From an uncultured Alphaproteobacteria bacterium (lineage in GTDB: Bacteria > Pseudomonadota > Alphaproteobacteria > CAAHEQ01 > UBA3637): a stretch of 64,000 bases of DNA. Every line of letters begins with the position of its first letter. Position 1 is the first letter of the stretch. The notes under the pieces were generated by a model. That model was not told where the DNA came from, searched no databases, and was given only the letters and a program-made list of their open reading frames with translations. The stretch is taken from NCBI GenBank assembly GCA_934202735.1, contig CAKPYH010000002.1, positions 42,945 to 106,944 of the forward strand, written 5' to 3'. Made by a program: the position numbers and the translations under genes. This document shows, piece by piece, positions 19,401-28,291 of the stretch.

Positions 19401-19857
19401 ATTATGGGTGAAAGGTCCGAATATCATGATGGGCTATATGCGACATGATCAACCTTTGGTGTTGGATCCGCCAAAAGACGGGTGGTATGATACGGGGGAT
19501 ATCGTTGAAGTTGATTCGGACGGTTATATTTTCATCAAAGGGCGTTGTAAACGTTTTGCCAAAATCGGGGGGGAAATGGTATCCTTGATGGCGGTAGAAA
19601 GTGTTATCAATAAAAAATGGCCCGATTATATTTCCGGGGCGGTCAATATTCCCGATCCGCGTAAAGGCGAACAAATTGTTTTGGTTACAACGTGTAAAGA
19701 CATTACCAAAGAGGCATTGATCGCGGTATTTCGGGCGGCCGGAGTGACAGAATTGGGTTTGCCGAGCCGTATTATTATAACGGATACCCCCCCTTTATTA
19801 GGAACCGGCAAGTTTAACTATGTCTTGGCCAAAGAAATGGCTTTAAAAGACGCGTAA
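16435..19857 (+). CDS. aas: Fused lysophospholipid transporter (MFS, LplT) / 1-acyl-glycerol-3-phosphate acyltransferase / acyl-ACP synthetase (Aas)
   Basis: ~1140 aa; N-terminal 12-TM MFS; VTNHTSYLDVLL (HX4D acyltransferase motif); C-terminal AMP-binding (FTSGSEGFPKAV, EGYGATE); ATG 16435 with AAGGAG RBS. Confidence 0.85.
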   Translation: MLKQAIFKPSFMPLWLSHFLSVMNDGFIRMVFLYFATYQMTQAGTVFLIPAVISYALCFCVASLYAGPIADKFSRVRFLRWIRMAEVGLMLMALGSVFWESRFVLTLILALLGLTGASLRVVNNALLMTVVGKTHLNFGNLWMKTLSVVGAGCSTLLLMSVLKFDVAAGLVCGLAVLFACISLGTTYLLDMDAPADETCPLTSHPWVAFEPVLASLKHQFDKWAYLVGIAWFWILGSLIFFFSAEYGHTVLNARWSVVTFLSSGIFTAGYLVGAVIYARLTRRGNLFSWTVWTGLSISVFLMDLVFAGGAVMSDPNVKGITVHDMLFGGVNYWRVILDTFFLGGCTAIYIVPFYTMLQKTCANALLGRTMAFGSVINAIGIMAAFLIVLCFRLLGIDLQTIILLFAIANIFVAIYMVRLLPVETRRRVFQIVLKKLFKARIEGLENLKKAGPRALIVTNHTSYLDVLLISAFVERKIVFAINDQLIDKSFVKFLTNLVDVRPMDPVSPFAVKDMVEELNKDQLCMIFTEGIIEGGNTRMKIYEGPAMMAAKGDAPIVPIRIDGANHAIFSRVLGKKADFRLLPKITLTVLPPVYFNDFPDDMPTREVRERSSLRLYHVMSDMTFDSYEKDKTVFESLTYSMDMVGRFKPVLEDTSRKPVKFIGVFLKAFVLGKLIHRVAPEDKYVGVMIPTSNVCALTVFGLHAYGKVPAMLNFTSGPQQVIATCQTVGLKTVITAKKVVALAKLENMITALTEAGIRVVYLEDLAPSLTLRDKLAGVLAAVFPRRAYRKTSGGQVKPDDPAVILFTSGSEGFPKAVFLTHRNLISNAYQVPSRFDILPTDVFLNVLPMFHSFGLGAGTILPLLIGVKAVLYPTPLHYRIIPQLCASARATIFFATDTFLAGYAKCANPYDFNSLRLVAAGAEKVKDDTRKIWSEKFGVRVLEGYGATECSPFISCNSFLEQRLGSVGRFLPRMEYRLKPVEGITEGGELWVKGPNIMMGYMRHDQPLVLDPPKDGWYDTGDIVEVDSDGYIFIKGRCKRFAKIGGEMVSLMAVESVINKKWPDYISGAVNIPDPRKGEQIVLVTTCKDITKEALIAVFRAAGVTELGLPSRIIITDTPPLLGTGKFNYVLAKEMALKDA

Positions 19858-20011
19858 AAACAGGACGGTACCGGTGATTTCCCCGTAGGTTTTTGACAAG
19901 CCTGCGGGGAAAAATCATTTTATTAAAAATAAGGCTTGCAATTTTTATAAAAATGGATTATACTAACACCACTTTGAAACTTTTAGACCGTTGGAAAGGG
20001 GTGAAAAAAAT

Positions 20012-20212
20012 ATGGTAACTATTGTTGTTCATGACAATAATGTGGAACAGGCTTTGCGTGTTTTGAAAAAGAAAATGCAACGTGAAGGTAGTTTGCGTGA
20101 AATGAAATTGCGGCGGTATTACGAAAAACCGTCCGAAAAGAAATTGCGCAAGGCAACCGAATGTCTGCGCCGATCCCGGAAAATGCAACGGAAACGTTAT
20201 AACGAAGGCTAG
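20012..20212 (+). CDS. rpsU: 30S ribosomal protein S21
   Basis: Basic 66-aa protein, ...[26 protein letters not shown]; RBS GGAAAGGGG. Confidence 0.85.
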   Translation: MVTIVVHDNNVEQALRVLKKKMQREGSLREMKLRRYYEKPSEKKLRKATECLRRSRKMQRKRYNEG

Positions 20213-20230
20213 AACCTTTTGGACCGTTTT

Positions 20231-20262
20231 GGCACCGCCTTTTGGGGCGGTGCTTTTTTTTG
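20231..20262 (+). terminator. Rho-independent terminator after rpsU
   Basis: gcaccgcc-ttttgg-ggcggtgc followed by TTTTTTTT. Confidence 0.65.
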
Positions 20263-20396
20263 GGGGCATAATAGGAAACCGATCCGTAAGGAAAAAATGA
20301 AAATCATGTAAAAAAATCTCTTGGGGGGCTGGACAAAATCAAAAAAAAAGTGTATAAGGTCCCCATCCATTTTTAATTTAACGAAAGGATATTTAA

Positions 20397-23300
20397 ATGG
20401 CTAAAACAAAAATGCTGGACGGTAATGAAGCGGCCGCTCTGGTGGCACATAAATTAAATGAAGTTTCAATTATCTATCCGATTACGCCTTCTTCACCGAT
20501 GGGTGAATGGTCTGATCAATGGGCGGCTGCGGGGATAACCAATATCTGGGGTAAAGTGCCGGAAGTTTTGGAAATGCAATCCGAAGCCGGGGCCATCGGT
20601 GCCGTTCACGGTTCGTTGCAGGCCGGATCCATTACCACAACTTACACGGCCTCTCAAGGGTTGTTGTTGATGATTCCGAACATGTATAAAATTGCAGGTG
20701 AATTGACACCATTCGTGATGCATGTGGCGGCGCGGACAATTGCCGGACATGCCCTGTCTATTTTCGGTGATCATTCGGACGTGATGGCTTGCCGTCAGAC
20801 GGGCTTTGCCATGTTGGCCAGTAATTCGGTACAGGAAGCCCATGATTTGGCTGCGATTGCACAGATGAGCACATTCTTGTCCCGTATTCCGTTCCTGCAC
20901 TTTTTTGACGGTTTCCGGACTTCTCATGAAATCAATAAAATCAATCTGATGAGTGATGACGACCTGCGTACTTTGATGGACGGGATTCCGATGGACTTTA
21001 CGGTCAAACATGCTTTAACACCGGAAAATCCGACCATTCGCGGTACGGCACAAAATCCGGATATTTTCTTCCAAACCAAGGAAGCCGCCAACAAATACTA
21101 CAATGCGGTACCGGGTATCGTGGAAGAATGTATGCGCAAGTTTGAAAAAATCGTTGGGCGCAGTTATCACATTGTTGACTATGTGGGCCCGGCTGATGCG
21201 GAACACGTAGTGGTTGCTATGGGATCCGGTGTGGAAGTGTTGGAAGAGACGGCTCATGCCTTAAATGCCAAAGGTGCTAAGTACGGTGTGATTTCCGTGC
21301 ACTTATATCGTCCGTTCCCCAAAGAAGCATTCCTGAAAGCTTTACCGGCGACAACCAAGTATATTACGGTTTTGGATCGGACAAAGGAATCCGGTTCGGT
21401 GGGTGAACCGTTGTATTTGGATGTGGTATCCACTTTGGCCGAAGGGGTTAAAGGGGCTATGCCCAAAGTGTTGGGTGGTCGCTATGGGTTATCCTCAAAA
21501 GAATTCAACCCGGCAATGGCTAAGGCGGTCTTTGAAAACACGACCAAAAACCATTTCACGGTGGGGATTGATGATGATGTAACGCACTTATCATTGGATT
21601 ACGATCCGCACTTTGATATTGAAGGTGATGACGTATCTCGTTGTGTCTTTGTGGGCCTGGGGGCTGATGGTACAGTGGGTGCGAACAAAAACTCCATTAA
21701 AATTATTGCCGATGGTGAAGACTATTATGGTCAAGCCTATTTTGTTTATGATTCCAAAAAGTCCGGTGGTATGACCACATCACACTTGCGCTTTTCCAAA
21801 AAGCCGATTCGGGCGCCGTATCAGATTCAAACGGCCGGTTTTGTGGCGTGCCATCACATGCCGTTCTTGTTCAAGACCGATATTTTGACTTTTGCAGCTC
21901 CGGGGGCCGTTTTCTTGATTAACACGCAAGAACCGCCTGAAAAAGTTTGGGAAACTCTGCCGCGTGAAGTGCAACAGGAAATCGTGGACAAGCATATCCG
22001 TCTGTACGCGATTGATGCTGTATCCGTTGCGGAAAAGACGGGGATGGGTCGCCGAATTAACACGATTATGCAAACGTGTTTCTTTGCCATTTCCGGTGTG
22101 TTGCCCAAAGATGAAGCTATTGCTAAGATTAAAGCATCTATTACCAAAACTTACATGAAAAAAGGTCAGGAAATTGTAGATGCGAATATCAAAGCGGTTG
22201 ATGCGTCTTTGGCGCATTTGCATGAAATTCCGGTGGGGCCTGTCAATTCAAAATTGATGCGTCAACCGGGTATTCCGGCCGGTGCCCCCGAATTGCTGGA
22301 AAAAGTGACCAGTCCCATTATTGAAGGGCGGGGCGATCGTTTGCCGGTGAGTGCTTTTGAAACGACGGCGGACGGTGTATGGCCCACAGATACGGCTAAA
22401 TATGAAAAACGCCGGATTGCAACCGAAATCCCGGAATGGGATCCGGAAATTTGTATCCAGTGCGGTAAGTGTATATCCGTATGTCCCCATGCGGCTTTGC
22501 GTGCCAAAGTATTTGATCCGGCTAAATTGGCAACGGCTCCGGCGGGTTTCCGTTCGGCCGATTATAAAGCCAAAGATTTTGCGGGTCAAAAATGGGTGGT
22601 ACAAGTGGCACCGGAAGATTGTACCGGTTGCTCGTTGTGTACACAGGTTTGTCCGGCCAAGTCCAAGACCGAACCGGTCAAAAAGGCTTTGGTGATGGAA
22701 CCGATTGAAAAGAATTTGGACGCTGAAATTGCTAACTTCAAATTCTTTATGGAACTGCCTGATGCCGACAGAAGCAAATTGAACCCCAAGATGATTAAAT
22801 CTGTCGCTTTAATGCGGCCGCTGTTTGAATTTTCGGGTGCTTGTGCGGGTTGCGGTGAAACGCCGTATGTCAAGATGATGACGCAGTTGTTCGGTGATCG
22901 GTTGGTGATTGCGAATGCAACGGGTTGTTCATCCATTTACGGCGGGAACTTGCCGACTACACCGTATGCCAAAGATGCCAAAGGGCATGGACCGGCTTGG
23001 GCGAACAGTTTGTTTGAAGACAATGCCGAATTCGGCTTGGGTATGCGGACTTCCATTGATTCCAAAACGGCTTTTGCAACACAACTGTTGACGGAAATGC
23101 GTGCCGAAGTCGGAGAAGAATTGGCGAAATCCTTATTAGAAGCCGATCAATCCACCGAACAAGGCATTACCGAACAACGGATGCGTGTGGAAATGCTGAA
23201 ACAAAAATTGGCGACCATGCAAACGCCGAAAGCCAAATTATTGGCGGATAATGCCGATTATCTGGTCAAGAAATCCGTATGGATTTTGGGCGGTGACGGT

Positions 23301-23915
23301 TGGGCCTATGATATTGGTTACGGCGGATTGGATCATGTCCTGTATTCCGGCAAGAACGTGAATATTCTGGTTTTGGATACGGAAGTGTATTCCAACACCG
23401 GCGGACAACGGTCCAAAGCGACTCCGATTGGGGCCAGTGCCAAGTTTGCTACATCGGGCAGTGCGTTGCCGCGCAAGGATTTGGCGATGATTGCAGCGTC
23501 TTCGGGCGGTGTGTATGTCGGGACCATTTCTTTGGGGGCCAAGGATTCCCATGCCTTGCAGGTAATGAACGAAGCCGAATCCTTTAACGGACCGTCTTTG
23601 ATTATTGCTTACAGCCATTGTATCTCTCATGGATACGATATTGGCAAGAAAGGCTTGGAACACCAAAAGATGGCGGTTGAAACGGGTTTGTGGAATTTGT
23701 TCCGTTATGACCCGCGGCGCAAAGCGCAAGGCTTAAATCCGTTCCAGTTGGACAGCAAGCCGACACGTCCGGTGGCCGAATTCATGGCAACCGAAACACG
23801 GTTCAAATTTGTGCGGCAACAAAATCCTGAACACTATGAAAAGTTAGTTCAGATGAATCAAGCACAAATTGATGAACGCGTGGCGTTCTACACCAAGATG
23901 GCTAAAGACGATTAA
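20397..23915 (+). CDS. nifJ: Pyruvate:ferredoxin (flavodoxin) oxidoreductase
   Basis: 1172 aa; two CxxCxxCxxxCP ferredoxin motifs (CIQCGKCISVCP, CTGCSLCTQVCP), TPP-binding GGDGWAYDIG. Confidence 0.9.
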   Translation: MAKTKMLDGNEAAALVAHKLNEVSIIYPITPSSPMGEWSDQWAAAGITNIWGKVPEVLEMQSEAGAIGAVHGSLQAGSITTTYTASQGLLLMIPNMYKIAGELTPFVMHVAARTIAGHALSIFGDHSDVMACRQTGFAMLASNSVQEAHDLAAIAQMSTFLSRIPFLHFFDGFRTSHEINKINLMSDDDLRTLMDGIPMDFTVKHALTPENPTIRGTAQNPDIFFQTKEAANKYYNAVPGIVEECMRKFEKIVGRSYHIVDYVGPADAEHVVVAMGSGVEVLEETAHALNAKGAKYGVISVHLYRPFPKEAFLKALPATTKYITVLDRTKESGSVGEPLYLDVVSTLAEGVKGAMPKVLGGRYGLSSKEFNPAMAKAVFENTTKNHFTVGIDDDVTHLSLDYDPHFDIEGDDVSRCVFVGLGADGTVGANKNSIKIIADGEDYYGQAYFVYDSKKSGGMTTSHLRFSKKPIRAPYQIQTAGFVACHHMPFLFKTDILTFAAPGAVFLINTQEPPEKVWETLPREVQQEIVDKHIRLYAIDAVSVAEKTGMGRRINTIMQTCFFAISGVLPKDEAIAKIKASITKTYMKKGQEIVDANIKAVDASLAHLHEIPVGPVNSKLMRQPGIPAGAPELLEKVTSPIIEGRGDRLPVSAFETTADGVWPTDTAKYEKRRIATEIPEWDPEICIQCGKCISVCPHAALRAKVFDPAKLATAPAGFRSADYKAKDFAGQKWVVQVAPEDCTGCSLCTQVCPAKSKTEPVKKALVMEPIEKNLDAEIANFKFFMELPDADRSKLNPKMIKSVALMRPLFEFSGACAGCGETPYVKMMTQLFGDRLVIANATGCSSIYGGNLPTTPYAKDAKGHGPAWANSLFEDNAEFGLGMRTSIDSKTAFATQLLTEMRAEVGEELAKSLLEADQSTEQGITEQRMRVEMLKQKLATMQTPKAKLLADNADYLVKKSVWILGGDGWAYDIGYGGLDHVLYSGKNVNILVLDTEVYSNTGGQRSKATPIGASAKFATSGSALPRKDLAMIAASSGGVYVGTISLGAKDSHALQVMNEAESFNGPSLIIAYSHCISHGYDIGKKGLEHQKMAVETGLWNLFRYDPRRKAQGLNPFQLDSKPTRPVAEFMATETRFKFVRQQNPEHYEKLVQMNQAQIDERVAFYTKMAKDD

Positions 23916-24022
23916 AACGTCCGATAACCTGACACCCCGACCGATTGGCCGGGGTGTTATTGTATAGAAAACTACCGGCTAGTCCGGTAGTTCCGGAGAG
24001 CTTATAGCTATGCAAGAAAAAA

Positions 24023-24082
24023 ATCCTTTGTTATAACGAGAGAGATGATTTGCGAAAGTCAATCAAGAAATAACAAAGGATT
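24023..24082 (+). promoter_or_regulatory. Inverted repeat (atcctttgttat / ataacaaaggat) occluding the RBS of the tnpA remnant
   Basis: 12-bp perfect inverted repeat ~37 bp apart; 3' arm overlaps AAGGA RBS; resembles known IS200 RBS-sequestering 5'UTR stem-loop. Confidence 0.4.
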
Positions 24083-24086
24083 TTAA

Positions 24087-24236
24087 AATGGACAATAGAC
24101 CATTATCGCACACGCCATGGAATTGCAAGTACCATGTTGTATTCGCACCCAAATATTGCAGATATGCCTTTTACGAATGGCGACGAATGGAAATAGGTCA
24201 AATATTCGCGGTACCACCGGCTCATGGGACTGCGTA
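24087..24236 (+). pseudogene. tnpA: IS200/IS605-family Y1 transposase (TnpA) N-terminal remnant
   Basis: MDNRPLSHTPWNCKYHVVFAPKYCRYAFY... matches conserved TnpA start (SLAHTRWNCKYHIVFAPKYRR); reading frame decays after ~40 aa with early stop. Confidence 0.55.
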
Positions 24237-24355
24237 AATAAAAAGTTGCCGGTGGCAAGTTTTTATGCTTCGCCATTCACCTTATTGAAAACAAGGACAA
24301 CCCTTTGTCCACCGTTTGAAATCTAGGTGGAATTGAACAAGGATAGGAGTAGGCC

Positions 24356-24415
24356 TGTCATCTTCGGGCTTGACCCGGGTACCCCCCCGTCATCTTCGGG
24401 CCCTGTCGGAGAACC
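24356..24415 (+). repeat. Two tandem left-end modules of the MITE-like repeat family
   Basis: tgtcatcttcgggcttgacccgggt and cgtcatcttcgggccctgtcggag; same motif as 47803 and 47916. Confidence 0.5.
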
Positions 24416-24439
24416 GGTGGAAAACGTCAATAAGTTCTG

Positions 24440-24880
24440 AACCCAGAACGAGGCGTTGACCTGACTAAACGTTAGAGGCTTTATGAGTCTTTTTTTGACG
24501 CAAAGACAGACAATCCAGTTGATGCTTGTACGCTTGACACTTATCACGATAATACGTTAACGCAAACATGCGTACCGCCGTAGACAACCCCATACGCCCC
24601 CGTTCCTGATCTAACCGGGAACACAGATAATGAATGGTTGTGTTCTCGTTCATACAAATTTCGTTGATATAGACCCATGTTTGTCGCAGCAAACGCACGC
24701 TGGTGCGCCGACCATTGACCATAACCGTTTTACAAAAAAACATCCGAAACCTCCTTTGGTGGATAAGGCGATTGTATCACATTTTAATGTTGTTTGCAAT
24801 ACTAAATATCAACACAATACCCGTAAGGGTTGTCTATCGGTCCTATTCCTTTGAATTATATAGACTTATTTTTTGAAAAA
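24440..24880. repeat. Copy B of ~440-bp inverted duplication (partner 5224..5660)
   Basis: Reverse complement near-identical to copy A including promoter, RBS and CDS. Confidence 0.8.
24465..24743 (-). CDS. Small ribbon-helix-helix DNA-binding protein, copy 2
   Basis: 92 aa, identical to copy 1 except C-terminal ...KKTHKASNV. Confidence 0.55.
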   Translation of the reverse strand: MFFCKTVMVNGRRTSVRLLRQTWVYINEICMNENTTIHYLCSRLDQERGRMGLSTAVRMFALTYYRDKCQAYKHQLDCLSLRQKKTHKASNV

Positions 24881-25154
24881 AATTGTGTCGTGTGTGATAA
24901 AAAATGCTTGTCCTTTATATTGGTCTTTTTATGCGATTATTTTTTCTCTGATCATCGGTGAACGCTGAAATAGACAGTGAGTGAGAGTGTTTATCAATAT
25001 TTCTGTCTCTATTTTAACGATATAGCCCCAGGAAAAAGATTTAAATATCATCCTTCAAGTTTTGTGACAATTCAAAAAACTTGAACGGGATACAATGAAC
25101 GGGGGATGATACACATCCCCCGATGCTTTTATGTATGTTATTTATCAGGATTCG

Positions 25155-26411
25155 CTATTGTAAAGCATCCTTGAAAATCTCAATAAATCGTCCATAACCG
25201 GCCCGTGTTAGTTGTTCTTTTTGAAACTTGGCGTTACTGTTACGGCGGACAACTAACGCACGCACACCCATTTGGCGGAGTGTTTTGGCTTGCTTCATGA
25301 CATCACGAATTTTATTTTGCGGAACTTTTTTATCAATTAAAAAGGCGGTGTTTTCCGCACCCCCCGGTATACGAAACCCTTTATCCTTCAAGACGGCCAA
25401 AATACGTTCTAACCCGATGGAAAAACCACAAGCCGGAACCGGATGCCCCATGTATTTGCCAATCATTTCATCGTATCGGCCACCGCCGGCGACAGATAGG
25501 CGAAAAGCCGCTAATTCCACTTCAAAAATCGGACCGGTATAGTACCCCATACCGCGCACTAATGTAGGATCAAAAATAATCTTACCTTTATCCCCCAGTG
25601 TAGATGCAACCGTTTCCATAATTGTGTCCAAATTTGCGGTTATTTCTCCATCGGCAAACGGTAAGCCGCGTGCGGTTAAATAGGCACGACTGGATTGAAA
25701 CGGTATTTCCAAACCCTGATACAGAGCGGTATATTTTTCTATGGCCGCCGAATCAATGCCTTCGGCCACCAACATATCGCGTACCCCGTCCAGGCCCACT
25801 TTATCCATCTTGTCCAAAATGATAAAGACGGTGTCTAGTTTGTCCGCCGGCATACCGCAAAAGACAGCCATTTCTTTTAATAAACGGCGATCATTGACCC
25901 GAATCGTAAAGCAACCCAGATCCAGCCGACTCAACATATCGGCGGTGGCAGCCATTAATTCAATTTCGGCCAAGTTTGAAGAATCTCCCAAAATATCTAT
26001 GTCGCATTGGGTAAATTGACGAAAACGTCCTTTTTGAGGGCGGTCGGCACGAAAAGACGGCCCGATTTGACAAGCCTTGAACGGAACTGGTAATTTGTCT
26101 GCATTATTTGCATAAAAACGCGCCAAGGGAACCGTTAAATCGTATCTGAGCCCCGAATCGCACATATCATCAGGGCCGGTAGCGGTGGCCAGTTTTTCGC
26201 CCCGTTTCATGATTTTGAAAATCAGTTGTTCGTTTTCACCGCCTTCTTTGCTGGTCAGGTTTTCAATGTGTTCAATGATGGGTGTTTCAATGAGATCAAA
26301 ACCGTAGGTACGATAGGCATCTTTAATTTGACGTATCACATATTCACGGATGACCATGTCCTCGGGTAATTGTTCAGGCATCCCTTTAACAGGGGTCTTG
26401 ATAAAAGGCAT
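25155..26411 (-). CDS. hisS: Histidine--tRNA ligase
   Basis: 418 aa class II aaRS; motif 2 (FRLSVAGGGRYD-like), GGGRYD signature. Confidence 0.9.
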   Translation of the reverse strand: MPFIKTPVKGMPEQLPEDMVIREYVIRQIKDAYRTYGFDLIETPIIEHIENLTSKEGGENEQLIFKIMKRGEKLATATGPDDMCDSGLRYDLTVPLARFYANNADKLPVPFKACQIGPSFRADRPQKGRFRQFTQCDIDILGDSSNLAEIELMAATADMLSRLDLGCFTIRVNDRRLLKEMAVFCGMPADKLDTVFIILDKMDKVGLDGVRDMLVAEGIDSAAIEKYTALYQGLEIPFQSSRAYLTARGLPFADGEITANLDTIMETVASTLGDKGKIIFDPTLVRGMGYYTGPIFEVELAAFRLSVAGGGRYDEMIGKYMGHPVPACGFSIGLERILAVLKDKGFRIPGGAENTAFLIDKKVPQNKIRDVMKQAKTLRQMGVRALVVRRNSNAKFQKEQLTRAGYGRFIEIFKDALQ

Positions 26412-26423
26412 CTTTGTTCCTTT

Positions 26424-26651
26424 CTAACCGTTAGTATCACGCACAAACAGGTTGCAATGGCAATGCCCCATTTCAGCAATTTCTTTTTCATGTTCGCCGC
26501 ACGGGCAGTATCCGCGTGATACATCGCACGGACAGTGTCCACCGCACGCCGTCAGACACCGATTGATAATTTTATCGGCAAACGGAGACAGTTTATATCC
26601 CTTTGCGGCTGCATACAATTCTACAACATGCTTAAAGTGTTCATTATCCAT
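26424..26651 (-). CDS. Ferredoxin-thioredoxin-reductase catalytic-subunit-like protein
   Basis: 75 aa with CPC...CPC...CHCNLF cysteine pattern like FtrC; spacing shorter than plant/cyanobacterial FtrC. Confidence 0.45.
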   Translation of the reverse strand: MDNEHFKHVVELYAAAKGYKLSPFADKIINRCLTACGGHCPCDVSRGYCPCGEHEKEIAEMGHCHCNLFVRDTNG

Positions 26652-26665
26652 TTTTTTGTCCTTTC

Positions 26666-27139
26666 TTATAAAAATAAAGTTAAACCATACAAAATAACAC
26701 CGGCATATAATCCGGCAATGACATCGTCCATCATGACACCCAAGGCCGTATGAACGCGCCGATCAAAAAATGAGGCCGGCCAAACCTTGGTAATGTCAAA
26801 TAAACGAAACAATAAAAATCCGGCGATCAAGACAGTCAGCGAACATGGCCCCCCGACCACCAAGGCAAAAGTCAAGCTTTGTCCGATCGTTTCATCAATC
26901 ACAACAAAACCGGGATCGGATTGTTTTTGCGTTCTTAAAACGATTCGTGTGGCCCACCAACCGATCAAAAATAGGGCGCATATTGTGAAGAAAAAAGCCG
27001 TTGTACCGAAATAAAATCCGATAAAGGCTAGCGGCACCGAACACAAGGATCCCACCGTACCCGGTGCTTTGGGGGATAGGCCCGAACCAAACCAAGTGGC
27101 CATAATCCAGGCCAGTTTTTCTTGCATTTTTTTTGTCAT
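26666..27139 (-). CDS. pgpA: Phosphatidylglycerophosphatase A
   Basis: WFGSGLSPKAPGTVGS signature, four TM helices. Confidence 0.8.
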   Translation of the reverse strand: MTKKMQEKLAWIMATWFGSGLSPKAPGTVGSLCSVPLAFIGFYFGTTAFFFTICALFLIGWWATRIVLRTQKQSDPGFVVIDETIGQSLTFALVVGGPCSLTVLIAGFLLFRLFDITKVWPASFFDRRVHTALGVMMDDVIAGLYAGVILYGLTLFL

Positions 27140-28224
27140 GATAGTGTTTCCTTAGGTAAATCAGAAATAGGCATGTCAACGGGTTCTTCCGTTGTTTCAT
27201 GGGTGTCAGGTGCAACCACGGCGGCGGGTGCTATTTCCGGGGTCGGCGGTTGTTCAAGTGTGGCAGCCTGTGAACCCGTATTAAAAAATTCATTCAAAAA
27301 GTCCGTGAACAAGGGGACATCATCGGCTTCGGCCGTATCCAGCCGCAACAACATGACACCGGCATTTCGCATATAGTTCATGGTTTCGGCTGTGTTTAGC
27401 AAGGTCCCCGACATAAGCAATAAAACCGGTACAGCAACCGAACCGTCTTCGTTAGCGGTTAAGCCTTGAGCGATGGGGATAATGTCTTTTGCGGGAGCCG
27501 GCATAATACCTGTTTCGTAAAACCAGTCGCTGGCCGTAATATCGGCATCCAAATCAACGGCCCAGGTAGAGTCCGGGCGGTTGATGACTTGAACCACAAT
27601 GGCCCGATTATCGTTAGAAATCGCAAAAGAAGCGTAGTGTTCGTCAATGTTGATATGCGGATAGAAATCGGCTGAAATACCGCTGGTATTGAACAAAGCC
27701 ATCATCTGCTGTACTTCTGCAGCATCGGCCGGACCGCCGACAGTCGGCATATTCGGATCGGGTACGATAGGATCCGAAGGAGAAAGATTGACCGCTGCGG
27801 GAGAAACCTGAGTGGGCTGTGTTGCTTGGGGAGCCACGCCTAAAATAGCGGACGATTGTACCCGCAAACGCGCCGGCTCAAAAGCTTTCTTCATAGAACT
27901 GATTTTTAACGCATGGTGTATGGCTTTTTTTTCTAAAAAGCGGCGTGGAATTAAATGCCGCCACTGACAACGATACCACCACCGCCAGCCGATGAGATAG
28001 AACGGTATGAATAAAATCATGCCCAGCATCAATCCGACATCACGACCGGTATGAATCACCCAATCATTTCTTAAAAATGCAGTTGTATAGCGGTGCCAGT
28101 CCTTAGCGGACAACAAGTTAAAATCATAGGCATAATAAAAAACCAATGGTACGATTTCCATGTAAATGATCGTCCATAAACAGCCGGTGATGATCAAGCG
28201 TCCCCAACGCATTTTTTTACTCAT
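27136..28224 (-). CDS. Hypothetical membrane-anchored protein (2 N-terminal TM helices, Pro/Ala-rich linker)
   Basis: 362 aa; overlaps pgpA start by 4 nt (operon: this gene, pgpA, ftrC-like, hisS). Confidence 0.5.
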   Translation of the reverse strand: MSKKMRWGRLIITGCLWTIIYMEIVPLVFYYAYDFNLLSAKDWHRYTTAFLRNDWVIHTGRDVGLMLGMILFIPFYLIGWRWWYRCQWRHLIPRRFLEKKAIHHALKISSMKKAFEPARLRVQSSAILGVAPQATQPTQVSPAAVNLSPSDPIVPDPNMPTVGGPADAAEVQQMMALFNTSGISADFYPHINIDEHYASFAISNDNRAIVVQVINRPDSTWAVDLDADITASDWFYETGIMPAPAKDIIPIAQGLTANEDGSVAVPVLLLMSGTLLNTAETMNYMRNAGVMLLRLDTAEADDVPLFTDFLNEFFNTGSQAATLEQPPTPEIAPAAVVAPDTHETTEEPVDMPISDLPKETLS

Positions 28225-28291
28225 TTAATAACTCCTTGTCCCTTTATACACCGAAAAAATGGGAAAATCCAGTAAAAAACATCATCGCGGT

